Translations under genes and position numbers: made by a program | Part shown: positions 8,699-20,003 of the stretch, piece after piece | Position numbering within the stretch: the first letter of the stretch is position 1 | Layout of the letters: each line of letters opens with the position of its first letter | Source: Bdellovibrionota bacterium | GTDB lineage: Bacteria > Bdellovibrionota_C > UBA2361 > CALJRW01 | DNA: 64,000 nt | Direction of reading: 5' to 3' | Assembly (NCBI GenBank): GCA_041740355.1 | Contig: JBGSMD010000016.1 | Coordinates: forward strand, 128,001-192,000 | Notes under the pieces: generated by a model | Told to the model about the DNA's origin: nothing | Database searches by the model: none | The model's input: only the letters and a program-made list of their open reading frames with translations

Positions 8699-9038
8699 AA
8701 TTAGCTCCAAGTTTACGATCTATAAAAATATTAACTTTAAAATATCTAATATTTTCTTATTCTTAATATGGACTAGTAAAAGTTTCAATTACTACCTGAT
8801 GAATTTTTCTAGTATATTTTTATTTTTAGTATAACTTAGAATTACAGGAGTATTTTCGTCCGAACTAAGATGCGCGAATTTATCAATACCAAATGTATTG
8901 CCATTGGCATTTTAGATTCTTCCTTCAGCTACATTATTGTCATCAATATAAATTTTTGCAATACCACTAAGCAATCCTCCCCCATTCCTAGATAGCTAAA
9001 AGATATATTAAGTGAAAAACATTTTTATTTTACTCAAG

Positions 9039-10517
9039 CTATCGATAATCAACTTTGTAAGGACATATCTTAAACCCAGGATTTTTTTTTAGTGCAAAAG
9101 TTATACGACGCATTAACTTCGGGTCCTGAAGACTCTCTTCTTTGTATGGTCCAATAATTAAGCGTTTTCTATCAGAACCTAAGTTCTGCTTCAACAACAT
9201 ATCTTCAATAAATCTTTCTCGATCTATTACAGGATCTGGCGTATGCCAGATTAAAAATACTAAGCTTTGCTCAGGGCATGTTTTAATCATGTTGTGCTTA
9301 GCATTCGACATCATCTGGACACGAAACTGGTAGCGTTCTAAAGTCTGGGGAATTGAGGTGTATAAATATACTAGCTGGCAAGTGATTAATATTAGAGCAA
9401 GAACTTTTTGCCATTTTCCAGATATCCCTAGCCAGCTAGTTAGTTGTTGAAGAACCGGCCAACCAAGCGAACAGATAAGCAAAAAAGATCCCCAAAAAGC
9501 AAACCAATAGCGGGAGCCGTATTGTGGCCAACCATCTTTAGAGTGAAAGGTATAGATAAAAACAATTAAAAAAATATGTAAGAATAAAACATAAAGATAT
9601 TTCGTTCGAAACACCTTATACAGTCCCAACATAAACAACAGAAAAGCTGGAAGTCCAATCAATAAAAGGAATTGATCGTAAAATAAGAAATAAAAGAAAC
9701 GATTAAAATTAGAAAAGAACTGTCGAAAGACATCTTGCCATTTTCCCAATATATGAAGCTCCGTATTTATATGTGATCCATATGTAGTTAGAGAAAACTT
9801 TCCCAACTGATAACTATTGTAAGAAATCACTAGGCCTATCCCAATTATTGCTAGAGTCGTAGTTATCAGTATTGGCACCAAACTTTTACGGACTCCATGA
9901 TAATGAACCAATCCAATCAAAATTGGAAATAAAAAGCAGGCAGTTTCAACAGGTCGTGTCAGGAAACCAAGGGCTGCGAATATTCCAATATAAAAAAGAT
10001 TCTTCTTTTGGCTTTGTTTGAGATATTCATAGAATGCCCAAATACCGGCAGTCGATATAAATAAAATTAATGGTTGAGCAAATAGAGATGCTGCGTATCC
10101 AAAGCTATAAGGTACAAAAGCGCCAAGTAATATTATTATTGCGGCATTTTTTTCATTAGTTAAATCCTTTGATAGGCGATATACAAAAAACAAGCTGAGA
10201 CACATTAGTATTGGATTTAAAACGAATGCTAATCCCAGCTTAATCGCACCAGCTAAAAGCAATGAAAATCCAGGGAAATATTTGGAGAATAAAATACCTC
10301 TTTCATAAACAATGTGTGGTTCAATAAATATATAGCTAAAGTTATTTGCTTTTATATAAAAGGACCCTTCTGAAAAAATCTTGGCCTGTATCCAGTAGCC
10401 AAATTCATCAAAACTATTGGGACGCATTTCAAAGATACAGCAGGAGATAAAAATGTAAAAAACTCCAGCGGCAATGATTACCAAGTATGTCATCTTGTCA
10501 AAAGTAGCTGGTTTCAT
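9039..10517 (-). CDS. GT-C fold membrane glycosyltransferase (ArnT/PMT-like)
   Basis: DE motif after TM1 (SFDEFGY), SKYFPG, TRP, YGSRY; many TM segments. Confidence 0.8.
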   Translation of the reverse strand: MKPATFDKMTYLVIIAAGVFYIFISCCIFEMRPNSFDEFGYWIQAKIFSEGSFYIKANNFSYIFIEPHIVYERGILFSKYFPGFSLLLAGAIKLGLAFVLNPILMCLSLFFVYRLSKDLTNEKNAAIIILLGAFVPYSFGYAASLFAQPLILFISTAGIWAFYEYLKQSQKKNLFYIGIFAALGFLTRPVETACFLFPILIGLVHYHGVRKSLVPILITTTLAIIGIGLVISYNSYQLGKFSLTTYGSHINTELHILGKWQDVFRQFFSNFNRFFYFLFYDQFLLLIGLPAFLLFMLGLYKVFRTKYLYVLFLHIFLIVFIYTFHSKDGWPQYGSRYWFAFWGSFLLICSLGWPVLQQLTSWLGISGKWQKVLALILITCQLVYLYTSIPQTLERYQFRVQMMSNAKHNMIKTCPEQSLVFLIWHTPDPVIDRERFIEDMLLKQNLGSDRKRLIIGPYKEESLQDPKLMRRITFALKKNPGFKICPYKVDYR

Positions 10518-10681
10518 GAATTTTAGTAGTCTAAGATAATTTGAGTAATCATTCAGAAAAATTGAATCTGTAAATTGCTAACTCCTATGCAAACTGCATA
10601 AATACAGACTATTTTAAAAAAAATCAGTTTTATATGTCTAACTGTGTTATTAAAAAGCAATTCTAATTTTATAATATAACC

Positions 10682-12142
10682 ATGATTAGTCAATTTGAGT
10701 CTTTAGGCGAGCCTAGTAAAAATCAGCCGTCCAAAGTCAAAGTAGATCCACCCGTAGGTTTTGAACATCTAGCATTTGGCTCTGCCTTTCAAGAATTATT
10801 ATCGCATCGACATGTTGAAGAACAGCGTCCGCTAAGCCTTAGCTTATGCTACACCAATCGGCTAAATCAACATTCAAATATATTAGGTATTGGAGAAAAG
10901 GTTCGTGTGGCAGCAGAGGAAATGCAGGCATCATATGAGTCTTTGGGAGAATTAAATCGTGGGAAGTTATCTTTTAGAAACTTTGCAACCCAAAGTTTTA
11001 ACAATGCAAATTTTCAACTTTCTCAAGATCAAGACTTCTTGGATCGCCAAAGAGTAGCAATGCATTCTGCGACAAGCCCCCAATTAACTGCCAGTCAAAT
11101 TGGAAAAGTTGAAACTCTATGCCTAAACGATCGCGCAATAGTTGCATTATGGGATGAAGTTAACCTTCCTGTACTCAAAAGTTCTAGCTATCAGGTGGCA
11201 ATGCTTGTCACTTCAATCGCAGTTTTAGCGCGTCAACATCAGGATGGAGTTTCTGACAATAATGGCTATTTCGCGGTTATGAAACCTGAGATGTTAATCC
11301 CATCAAGTTCATATCTTGCCGCTCTTGCCCACACGGCACTTCATGAAATTCCCGTAAGTATTGGAACCTACTTTAAGATGAATAGTGAATGGGCCCAGGT
11401 TGGCCGATTAAATGCTGTTTTTAAAAGTTTTGTGATAGCTGTTACTAAAGTGTTGGAAGATAAGATCGAACATCTAACGGGAGTGATCAATCAAATGGAA
11501 TATCCACTATCTGACATCCAACAATATCGTACAGATCTTCTCGGAAATCTACCAATAGGTAATGAATATAATTCTGGCGTTGCGAAAGCACTGCATTTTG
11601 CAAAACTGATCAGCACAGGGGAACTTTCGAGTAATGATTTAATAAATGTTCAGGTAGGAACTTATGTCGGATTTGAGCACCCTGTAAGTTGTGAGGATTT
11701 ACCCGCTGGTATGAATGCAAACTTCACTTTATATCACATGGCTAATGAATTAATTGAAAATTTCTTTAGAACCATTATGGTCGATCATCAAGTTAAAATT
11801 ACTAATGATCAAATGAGTTCTATCCGTCAATTAACAATCGCTCTTGGCGAATTAGAAATTTCTAAAAGAGTTGAACTCGCCGAAGAAATTAAATTTCCCA
11901 AACCTAATGTTGAACAACTAAGAGCTTTGCTAAATTATTTTTCCGACCGAACTCTTGTTTCACATCATACATTGCAAAAGCAAATTTTTCGTGACGAAGT
12001 ACCTGCTTCAGAAATTAAAAGCGTGAATGGACTTCTTACGGAAGCAAATGCTTCCCATTATATTTTTGAACGAATGGTCAAGATTCTCGATCGTCAGAAT
12101 GACGGGCTACGCTCTAAAGATTTAGTTCCATTAGCTGAATAG
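10682..12142 (+). CDS. Hypothetical protein (486 aa)
   Basis: Long ORF with no recognised motif. Confidence 0.75.
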   Translation: MISQFESLGEPSKNQPSKVKVDPPVGFEHLAFGSAFQELLSHRHVEEQRPLSLSLCYTNRLNQHSNILGIGEKVRVAAEEMQASYESLGELNRGKLSFRNFATQSFNNANFQLSQDQDFLDRQRVAMHSATSPQLTASQIGKVETLCLNDRAIVALWDEVNLPVLKSSSYQVAMLVTSIAVLARQHQDGVSDNNGYFAVMKPEMLIPSSSYLAALAHTALHEIPVSIGTYFKMNSEWAQVGRLNAVFKSFVIAVTKVLEDKIEHLTGVINQMEYPLSDIQQYRTDLLGNLPIGNEYNSGVAKALHFAKLISTGELSSNDLINVQVGTYVGFEHPVSCEDLPAGMNANFTLYHMANELIENFFRTIMVDHQVKITNDQMSSIRQLTIALGELEISKRVELAEEIKFPKPNVEQLRALLNYFSDRTLVSHHTLQKQIFRDEVPASEIKSVNGLLTEANASHYIFERMVKILDRQNDGLRSKDLVPLAE

Positions 12143-12173
12143 AATGATCTGTCAGGCAGTGAAGATTGTTGAT

Positions 12174-12214
12174 ACCAAGCTATTTTTTAAATTAATTATA
12201 GGAAATAGCTTGGT
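12174..12214. terminator. Hairpin between convergent genes (possible bidirectional terminator)
   Basis: ACCAAGCTATTT ... AAATAGCTTGGT 12-bp inverted repeat followed by a T run. Confidence 0.5.
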
Positions 12215-12241
12215 TTTAAAAAATTAATGTTTAAACAGGTC

Positions 12242-12757
12242 TCATCGTGCACAACAAACTGCTGTCGATGCTACTGCTACAGTTGTCGTACTCGCAATAT
12301 TATTTCGACCAAACTCATACTCCACTCCAGAAGAAAATCCCTCCCCACTGAATCCTCTTAATCCGATTGAAATTATATCAATATCTACGGAATTAGAATT
12401 TCCACCATGAGTTAATAAAAATTCAGTTTGATTACAGTCGGCAATTACTGCGGCAGTATCTGCCGTACCAACAATTGCCGAAGTTCCAATCACTGTGCGA
12501 CAACTACCTAAATTTAAAATCCCCGCCACACCTTGTGGACCTTGTGGTCCTACAATGCCTGGCCTTCCTAAATAGGCATCTGTATCTAGTATTGGAAGAT
12601 AACCATTTGGACATCCACCCGAGGCCAGCTTCAAGTTTTGCGCAACCTTAATTGAACCTGTAGCAGATACTTTTGTTGATTTTTTGGCACATAAAAAATC
12701 GGCACTGACTGAGCTTGTAAAAAATAGACATAAAAATAGCATGTTTAACTTGGACAT
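12242..12757 (-). CDS. Exported protein with short collagen-like G-X-Y stretch
   Basis: Signal peptide; GRPGIVGPQGPQGVAG; C-terminal AVCC. Confidence 0.8.
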   Translation of the reverse strand: MSKLNMLFLCLFFTSSVSADFLCAKKSTKVSATGSIKVAQNLKLASGGCPNGYLPILDTDAYLGRPGIVGPQGPQGVAGILNLGSCRTVIGTSAIVGTADTAAVIADCNQTEFLLTHGGNSNSVDIDIISIGLRGFSGEGFSSGVEYEFGRNNIASTTTVAVASTAVCCAR

Positions 12758-12930
12758 AACTTATTCCTTAATATTAAAGTAGAACAAGCTAAGCTTAGAG
12801 TTCAAACTATTCAAGATTGTATATCAAGACATGGGGTCGGCTTTTTAGCAAAGCACTCAATATAAGCTGGCGCATTCCCCCCTAGCTGACACCTCAATAA
12901 ACTCCTGTGTATTGGAACAATTACTAAATG

Positions 12931-13845
12931 TCACCTAAAAAGTTTTAATTCCTTAACTAAAGCCTGTAGTACCTCTGGCTCACTACTGGAATGTCCGGCA
13001 GTTACTCTCGTTAACTTAGCATGTTTTAGTTTTTGCTTTAATTGATATGCACCGATTGGTGGGCAAACCAAATCATAATTTCCTTGGACGATCGAGATTG
13101 GTATAGCTTTTAATTTGGAGCAATTATTTAAGATATAATCATCTGGGATGAAACAATTATTTTTAATGTAATGACACTCTAGTGCTGCCAGTGAATGAAA
13201 AGTAGCTTCTTTACGAATTGATTTAATAAGATCAGGTATGGGCTTCAAACTTATTATGGACATTTCATAAAGCGTCCACTCAAAAGCATATTTCTTTTGA
13301 ACCTTAATATCTTTAGAAAGAAATTTCTGATAATAGAAATCAACTAAGTTTTTTCTAGCACTAGCTGGAACAAAATTAACAAACCTCTCCCACGCTTCGG
13401 GGGCAAAGGAACTGACACCACCTTCTAAATAATGCTTTTTACTTGCCTTGTTCCCTAAAAAAATTCCGCGAAGAATCAGTCCGATAACTCGCTTTGGATT
13501 TTGGATAGCAAACACAAGTGCTAGTGTTGATCCCCAAGAACCACCGAAGATTAAAACTTTAGTTAATCCAAGATAATCTAAAAGCAGATTAAGATCAGAA
13601 ACTAAATCAGCCGTAGTATTACTCTCTAAACTAGCAAATGGCTTACTCCTTCCTGCACCCCTTTGATCAAAAAATAAAACATTAAATTTTTTAAAATCAA
13701 AAAATTTCTTATGTCCTTCATTAAATCCCGCACCTGGTCCACCATGAAGAAAGACTGTCGGAATACCCTTTTGGTTACCACAACATTCGTAATACAACCT
13801 GTGTCCATTCCCAACTTTTAAATATCCTTTCTTATATGGTTTCAT
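12931..13845 (-). CDS. pip: Proline iminopeptidase (S33)
   Basis: LHGGPGAG, FDQRGAGRS, GGSWGSTL nucleophile motif, QGNYDLVCP, AGHSS. Confidence 0.95.
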   Translation of the reverse strand: MKPYKKGYLKVGNGHRLYYECCGNQKGIPTVFLHGGPGAGFNEGHKKFFDFKKFNVLFFDQRGAGRSKPFASLESNTTADLVSDLNLLLDYLGLTKVLIFGGSWGSTLALVFAIQNPKRVIGLILRGIFLGNKASKKHYLEGGVSSFAPEAWERFVNFVPASARKNLVDFYYQKFLSKDIKVQKKYAFEWTLYEMSIISLKPIPDLIKSIRKEATFHSLAALECHYIKNNCFIPDDYILNNCSKLKAIPISIVQGNYDLVCPPIGAYQLKQKLKHAKLTRVTAGHSSSEPEVLQALVKELKLFR

Positions 13846-14036
13846 AGTCTGCCCGATAGTACTTTAAACAGAGTTAGACTAAACTAATTCTTTTAGATTG
13901 GCATTAAAATTATTATTAGATTTGACTTATAGTACTTTACACTAAAATTTCTGAACAACTGGTGTTTTATATATTGAACTTAAACCAATTATAAATTGAC
14001 CGAACCGCTTTGTATAAAGCATTCCTTGTAATTCGG

Positions 14037-14082
14037 ACCTGTCCGCCGACATCTGCACCATATCTTCAGCTAAGGCCGAAGT
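14037..14082 (+). repeat. Degenerate copy of REP-like repeat family A
   Basis: ACCTGTCCGCCGAC...CTTCAGCTAAGGCCGAAG resembles the consensus ACTTGTCCGCCGWAGCTTYAGCGAAGGTGG. Confidence 0.45.
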
Positions 14083-14225
14083 TTTACAGATATCAGGTTT
14101 TAATATATTTGCTTTCCCTAGCAATGTACCATTTTTTTATGGGTAATTATTCAAGTGACACCCCTAGCTTCCTTTTAGATTATAATCTTTGAGGAGTAAG
14201 TTTGAATCATTAATTAATGAGGGGC

Positions 14226-15425
14226 TTATTGATAGCAGCTCTCATTTAACAACTGATTACGCTCTTGGATATTATAAAAATCTCTAGAGTATAATTGCTT
14301 AAGGAAGCTTAGACCCCTCACTGGATCAAATTGTACTTTTTCAAATAAATCATTAAAATCTTTAATCCCCAAATCGGCTAATCCAGTAAAAACATGTCGG
14401 CCTGATAAGGCATAAACAGTTTTGTAATCAAAAGAAGCCGCGCGTTTCTGATTAGACAATCGATTGTACATCTCCATTTCTGCTAAATAGTTATAAAAGC
14501 TAGTCACTGCTTCCATGTCTAATTCATTTTTTAGAGACTTTTCCATTACATCGATCACGGCTCCAAGTTTGGCGGCATATTCAATGATCGAAGCATGCAA
14601 GATAACAGTTAAAACCCCATACTCATGCCGATCATCACAAACAATAGATTTTTGTATACTAGAATCTGGTTTAAACATTTTAGCTAATATCTTACTATCT
14701 GGTAGTTGCTCAACGTCAGCAGTTAATAGATTCGCAAACAACTTATCTTGAGCGTGATGGATTTCCTCACCCCAAACAACAGGCAGGCAAATCTTCTCGG
14801 CATATGCCGAAGCGGTCATTACTTCTTGCCTAATCAAACGATCCAGTATTGCTGCGAAAAAATATTCTTCTCTGATTAGCCTTGGTAATGAATGATAATA
14901 ATCAATGCTGTCTTTAATTACAGCGGTTTCATTTACAAGGGCATATTGTCCAATAGCAAAAGCAAACTCATTGGGAATATTTCCACTGTGATGTTTTCCT
15001 TTTGCAATCTTGAAACCATCTTCTCCGTATACTTTTATAAATTGGATGGAAGAAGGATCTATTTTTAGAATCTGATACTTAACGTCTAGTACCTCAGGGA
15101 AAATAATAATTTTAAGACTTACGCCAACACCAATTGGAGCTAAGAAATCAGCAGCAAGTTCACGTAAAGACTTGCTAATCTCAAGATTATTAGCAAGATT
15201 TAGCTTATCTTTAAGCTGTTCAAAGGCATTAAGTTGTTCTTGATTTAACAACTTACTTGTTCGCGTGAAAAAACGCTCCAAATTGGGAGTATTTGTTTTC
15301 GCTGAATTAATTAGTAGATCTTCCAGTAGCACAATAATTCTGTTAGAGATTGCAGGCGCAATTGTGGAAAAGATTTCCGTATTAGATCGCTGAGGGACAG
15401 GTTGAATATTAATCTGTGGTTCCAT
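14226..15425 (-). CDS. Hypothetical protein with zincin-like EEIHHAQD motif
   Basis: 399-aa ORF; WGEEIHHAQD followed by a downstream IIEYAA helix. Confidence 0.7.
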   Translation of the reverse strand: MEPQINIQPVPQRSNTEIFSTIAPAISNRIIVLLEDLLINSAKTNTPNLERFFTRTSKLLNQEQLNAFEQLKDKLNLANNLEISKSLRELAADFLAPIGVGVSLKIIIFPEVLDVKYQILKIDPSSIQFIKVYGEDGFKIAKGKHHSGNIPNEFAFAIGQYALVNETAVIKDSIDYYHSLPRLIREEYFFAAILDRLIRQEVMTASAYAEKICLPVVWGEEIHHAQDKLFANLLTADVEQLPDSKILAKMFKPDSSIQKSIVCDDRHEYGVLTVILHASIIEYAAKLGAVIDVMEKSLKNELDMEAVTSFYNYLAEMEMYNRLSNQKRAASFDYKTVYALSGRHVFTGLADLGIKDFNDLFEKVQFDPVRGLSFLKQLYSRDFYNIQERNQLLNESCYQ

Positions 15426-15818
15426 CTAGCGTGTTATGCTAAATCTGCTGTAAATGTGATAGGTATTTATTGCCGATTAAGTGAAGTCTACCTAATAATT
15501 TTCAAAGTTTGCCTATAACCCCAATCCAAACTAGATCCGACTATATTTTTAACGACTTGATCTTATTATTCTTTTTGAGATAGGCAGATGTATTTTCAGG
15601 TATTTAATCAGAGTGCAATTAACCAGCTGTGACTACATTATTTTCTTTTTAGCTAACCTGACCTTAAAAGGAAACTTTGCCCCTTAAATATGCTTATGCT
15701 ATTTTGATGACGCTTTAAAATAAGAAAGGATTTTAGAACTATCAAGTCTTTAATCAATTCAACTGATGAAAAATCAGATCAACTTTAAAATTTTATAAAA
15801 TACTTGGAGTATTTATTT

Positions 15819-16262
15819 ATGAAAATCTTACTTACAGTCTTATCAATTATGATAGCAATGCCCGCTTTTGCCGCTACCTGTAGTGTCGACATTGAAGGCA
15901 ATGATATGATGCAGTTTAATATTAAAGAAATTACTATCAGCAAAAGCTGCGCTGATTTTACAGTCAACCTAAAACATACTGGTAAGCTTGCTCAAAATAT
16001 TATGGGTCATAATTGGGTTTTAACAAAAACACCTGACTTAATGGCTGTTTCTACTGATGCTACTGCTGCTGGACTTCCTAATAATTATGTTAAGCCAGGG
16101 GATACAAGAGTAATTGCTTCTACTAAAGTTATTGGTGGTGGCGAAACTGATTCAGTAACTTTTTCAACATCAGCCCTGACTGTAGGAGGAGACTACACAT
16201 ATTTCTGCTCATTTCCGGCCCATGTTGCACTAATGAAAGGTATCGTTAAAGTTACAGAATAA
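15819..16262 (+). CDS. azu: Azurin (blue copper protein)
   Basis: Signal peptide; MGHNWV and [12 protein letters not shown] copper ligands; GGAG RBS before the ATG at 15819. Confidence 0.95.
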   Translation: MKILLTVLSIMIAMPAFAATCSVDIEGNDMMQFNIKEITISKSCADFTVNLKHTGKLAQNIMGHNWVLTKTPDLMAVSTDATAAGLPNNYVKPGDTRVIASTKVIGGGETDSVTFSTSALTVGGDYTYFCSFPAHVALMKGIVKVTE

Positions 16263-16272
16263 TTTTGAACTT

Positions 16273-16305
16273 CCAGATTAGAAGGTAATAAATCTTCTAA
16301 TCTGG
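16273..16305 (+). terminator. Hairpin downstream of azurin
   Basis: CCAGATTAGAAG ... CTTCTAATCTGG 12-bp stem; weak U-tract. Confidence 0.55.
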
Positions 16306-16604
16306 TTACACAATCTTAGGGTATGGCAATTTCTAAATGTTATATTATAGAGCATAGGGGAAATTAGTGGAAGCATTGCTTTAACAACGTGTGCCCTCTC
16401 CGAGATATCCACCCATTAAAAACTTACCAAAATTGAGCAATAATTTTAGTGTGCTTCCTTAAAACTCATTAAAACAACCCAGAGATTAGAATATATCGGT
16501 AATTTTAATATCGTCTATGTTCTGAATGCTATTTTCTTAGGTAACATCTTACTTACATCCTTCATAACATTTAGAGATATGACATTCTTTTAAGGCATCC
16601 TCTC

Positions 16605-17075
16605 ATGATTCAGCAAACTAGCTCCACAGTCGAAAAACTTGATTTACGAGAAATTCAACTTCCAGATGCAACACTATTAGAAAAGGCACCGCCTTCATTT
16701 AACAGAGCAGTCTACGCCCTAGCGGCCATTTCTGATTTTCTTCGTGGTGGAACAACAAAGCGATTTGCTAGTGAGAATGGCGTCGTAGATGATCCTGCTC
16801 CCGGTCAATCGATCATTCCAGGCATGGTTTTGATTTCTGAAAAACATGGTGAACATAATTCTCATAATGCTATTTCGATCTTAAAGAATGAGGCAGGCAA
16901 AGCACAACTTTTTTATGTAGAAACAAGACTAATTGCGACACAAGACTTTGGAGTTATGGTTGGAGAATATTCTCAAAGAATCAAGCCACTCGAATCAAAA
17001 CATTTAAAGAACTTTGATCAAAAAGTAACTACTGAGGAATTAAAAGCTCTAATTAAGAGAGCCTATAGTAACTAA
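16605..17075 (+). CDS. Hypothetical protein
   Basis: 156-aa ORF with no motif. Confidence 0.65.
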   Translation: MIQQTSSTVEKLDLREIQLPDATLLEKAPPSFNRAVYALAAISDFLRGGTTKRFASENGVVDDPAPGQSIIPGMVLISEKHGEHNSHNAISILKNEAGKAQLFYVETRLIATQDFGVMVGEYSQRIKPLESKHLKNFDQKVTTEELKALIKRAYSN

Positions 17076-17140
17076 TTACCTGCCAAAAATATTAATCTGT
17101 AAAGCAACAATTCCTCTTACTACTAAACTAATAATTACTA

Positions 17141-17188
17141 TCCTAGACAAAGCTGAAGATTACAGTTTTTAAAGTTAGTCGCCTAATA
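17141..17188 (+). repeat. MITE-like repeat family B, degenerate copy
   Basis: TCCTAGACAA...GAAGATTACAGTTTTT...TAGTCGCCTAATA. Confidence 0.5.
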
Positions 17189-17351
17189 ACATAACACGAA
17201 GGGTTAGAAATGGTCTTATTGAAATTAATAAATCATTTTTACCGATAACGAAACAAAAAGTTATTTTGACATGAGCTAGATCATACCATTAAAAGATCAA
17301 CTTGTTTACTTTGAATAAATCAAAAGTTTACTTTTATAAAAGGTGGTCAGA

Positions 17352-17675
17352 ATGAAAAAGATTTTAACAATTATCAGTGTATTTATGTTTATCTCTTGTG
17401 GTAGCAGCGGTGATAAGAATTCAGCTTGCAATAATTATTGTGAAGATGCCTGTAATAAATTTGCTAGCTGTGCTGAAGCTGATGGAATTACACTTAATGA
17501 TAATGAAGTTAAGCAATGTGACAACCGTTGTTTAGAAACTTTAGATAAGACAAATAATGAAAATGGACTTTCTGATGATCAAGATGACAACCAATGTTCA
17601 GTTTTAAGTGATAATCTAGAAAATACTAGCTGTTCACAATTAGCAGATTTCCTAACTACTGGCGGTGCTAGTTAA
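17352..17675 (+). CDS. Cys-rich lipoprotein
   Basis: Lipobox FISC; CxxxC repeats. Confidence 0.8.
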   Translation: MKKILTIISVFMFISCGSSGDKNSACNNYCEDACNKFASCAEADGITLNDNEVKQCDNRCLETLDKTNNENGLSDDQDDNQCSVLSDNLENTSCSQLADFLTTGGAS

Positions 17676-18224
17676 TTAGTATATTATTAATGGTATGTTC
17701 AGATACTAGGGTATATAAAAAAATTATTTCATATTACCCCAGATATACGACTGCAGGAACTTGATTTAGTCCAAGCGGGTCGCATAGCTATTTAATCTGA
17801 TACTATATGGTTAAATATAGGCCAATTACAAAACAGGAAAGAAAACAAAAAATTTCATAAGTCAAAGTGACCGATTAGGGTCAAGCGCTTGTGCTACTAG
17901 CAAAGAATTATTTCTAATGTCCCGTACCATTTCCTCTGTCGGAAGATCATTTAACGACACTTCTAGATAATTGCCAGATACCTGATTTAAGTCACAGATT
18001 TGTCGGCTTATGCTGGTTGGGAAACATACAAACTCGAAGCTGCTCCAGTTATGCTTTCTTTTTTGGTAAACTTAAGAAATATTTCGAATGTCATATTTCC
18101 ATTTAAACAAATACATAACAAAAGGATAGCTGGGGAAAGAATTAAGTATTTTCTAAGTTTCTTAGAAAAGGATATCATGTAAATATTAAGTTATTATCAA
18201 ATATTAAACAGAATCAACTAGATC

Positions 18225-19085
18225 ATGAAAAAATTAAATCGTATCCTCCAAAGCTCAGAAAAACATTGGGTTGGCAATGGCTTCCCCGTTCAGTCTGTTT
18301 TTTCTTATGATTCTATGGGCAAAGAGCTAGATCCATTCCTGTTATTGGATTATGCCTCTCCTTATCACTTTTCTCCTGGAAATGAGAAACGTGGAGTCGG
18401 TGCCCATCCGCACCGTGGATTTGAAACAGTAACAGTTTGTTATCAAGGAGAGATTGAACACCGAGATTCAAGTGGGGGTGGTGGAAAAATTGGCCCCGGT
18501 GATGTTCAATGGATGACAGCAGCTAGTGGTTTGCTACATGACGAATTTCACTCCAAAGAATTTACAAATCTTGGTGGCATCTTTGAGATGGCACAACTTT
18601 GGGTAAATCTTCCTGCAAAATTTAAAAATGCCAAACCGAATTATCAGACTATCACCGCAGAAAAAATTCCTAATGTTGATCTCGGTGAAGACGTTGGATT
18701 GCTTCGGGTGATTGCCGGGGATTATCAAGGAATTAAGGGTCCGGCTAAAACTTTTACTCCAATTGAATTATGGGATTTAACACTTATGGCAAATAAACAA
18801 ATTACTCTGCCAATTGCAGATGGCTACACAACAGCCTTACTTGTTCTCCGTGGAGAAATTACATTGGAAGAAAATGATTTAGCCGGGGAAGGAGCTTTGG
18901 TCCTTTTTGAAAGGGCTGGAAATAGCATCTCTTTTACCACTAATTCAGAGATCAAATTATTATTAATGAGTGGTGAGCCAATCAAGGAAGCAATCGTTGG
19001 TAGTGGTCCATTTGTGATGAATACTAAAACTGAGATTCTACAAGCTTATCAAGACGTTAGAGAAGGGAAAATGGGAACATTATAA
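18225..19085 (+). CDS. Pirin family protein
   Basis: DPFLLLDY, HPHRGFETVT, QWMTAASG.LHDE, QLWVNLP, GPFVMN. Confidence 0.95.
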   Translation: MKKLNRILQSSEKHWVGNGFPVQSVFSYDSMGKELDPFLLLDYASPYHFSPGNEKRGVGAHPHRGFETVTVCYQGEIEHRDSSGGGGKIGPGDVQWMTAASGLLHDEFHSKEFTNLGGIFEMAQLWVNLPAKFKNAKPNYQTITAEKIPNVDLGEDVGLLRVIAGDYQGIKGPAKTFTPIELWDLTLMANKQITLPIADGYTTALLVLRGEITLEENDLAGEGALVLFERAGNSISFTTNSEIKLLLMSGEPIKEAIVGSGPFVMNTKTEILQAYQDVREGKMGTL

Positions 19086-19419
19086 ATTATGTTCTGGCGC
19101 ACTTACTGAAAATTAGGGAGATTCTAAAGATGGACTTCCGTGAAGGAAATTCTTTTTGAAGACTTAGGCCTTAGAATTTAAATCCTAAGATTGATTTCTT
19201 CCAAATGAATATTTATCGGCATTTCTTTACTGATTATCTTCCTTTATTAACACTAAGTGAGCGCTCAGTTGAAAATCAGCTAAGTATCAATGACTATAAC
19301 AAATAGTTAATCCAGTCACCTAGATAAATTAGACAATCTCAACTTATCTTAATATACTTCTTTAAATTGAAAATTTATTTTTTTCAAATATTCTTATCTT
19401 TATTGAATTTTAAATTTTA

Positions 19420-19911
19420 ATGCACAGAAAAGGTTTTACTTTAGTTGAATTACTAGTCGTAGTTGCTGTTATTTCAATTCTGGCATCTATTTCTATTGCT
19501 AATTTTTCTGAATACAGAGAAAAAGCATTAAATACTGTAGCTATATCCCAAGCACACGATGCCATGTCGGCACTAGAAGCCACGGAAGAATCATTACAAA
19601 GTTTTTATCGTATTTTATTTATTGTAACTAAATCTGGTAGGGAAATTAGTGCCGCTAATAGCCAACCTATACAAAGTGCAGCATTACAAAGAATGGCTTT
19701 AACCAGATTTTTCCCAGCATTTAAAAAAGATCCTGATATAGTAATAGCTTTTGGTAGCACGCCTCTAGGTATTAAAATGACCCTCGCCCTAAACTGCAAA
19801 GCTAGGCGTGACAAAGTTGCCATGTCTTACCAAGGCCTGACAAAACTTGTGACCATCGCCGAAGCTACTAGTCTATATGGAGTAAATATTACTCCATACT
19901 GTGCAAATTAA
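19420..19911 (+). CDS. Type IV pilin-like protein
   Basis: KG|FTLVELLVVVAVISILASI; C-terminal Cys pair. Confidence 0.9.
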   Translation: MHRKGFTLVELLVVVAVISILASISIANFSEYREKALNTVAISQAHDAMSALEATEESLQSFYRILFIVTKSGREISAANSQPIQSAALQRMALTRFFPAFKKDPDIVIAFGSTPLGIKMTLALNCKARRDKVAMSYQGLTKLVTIAEATSLYGVNITPYCAN

Positions 19912-20003
19912 GTTTATACGTAATGATCATACAAGCAATAAACAATACTTAGTTTGTAGAATTGGGAATTAAATTTTAAAAATTATTATCTCTCGCTTAA
20001 AGT

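Noticed and set aside
12833-12895. GC-rich imperfect stem upstream of the collagen-like gene as a riboswitch
   Set aside because: The stem has mismatches on the coding strand and I could not match any known aptamer consensus.
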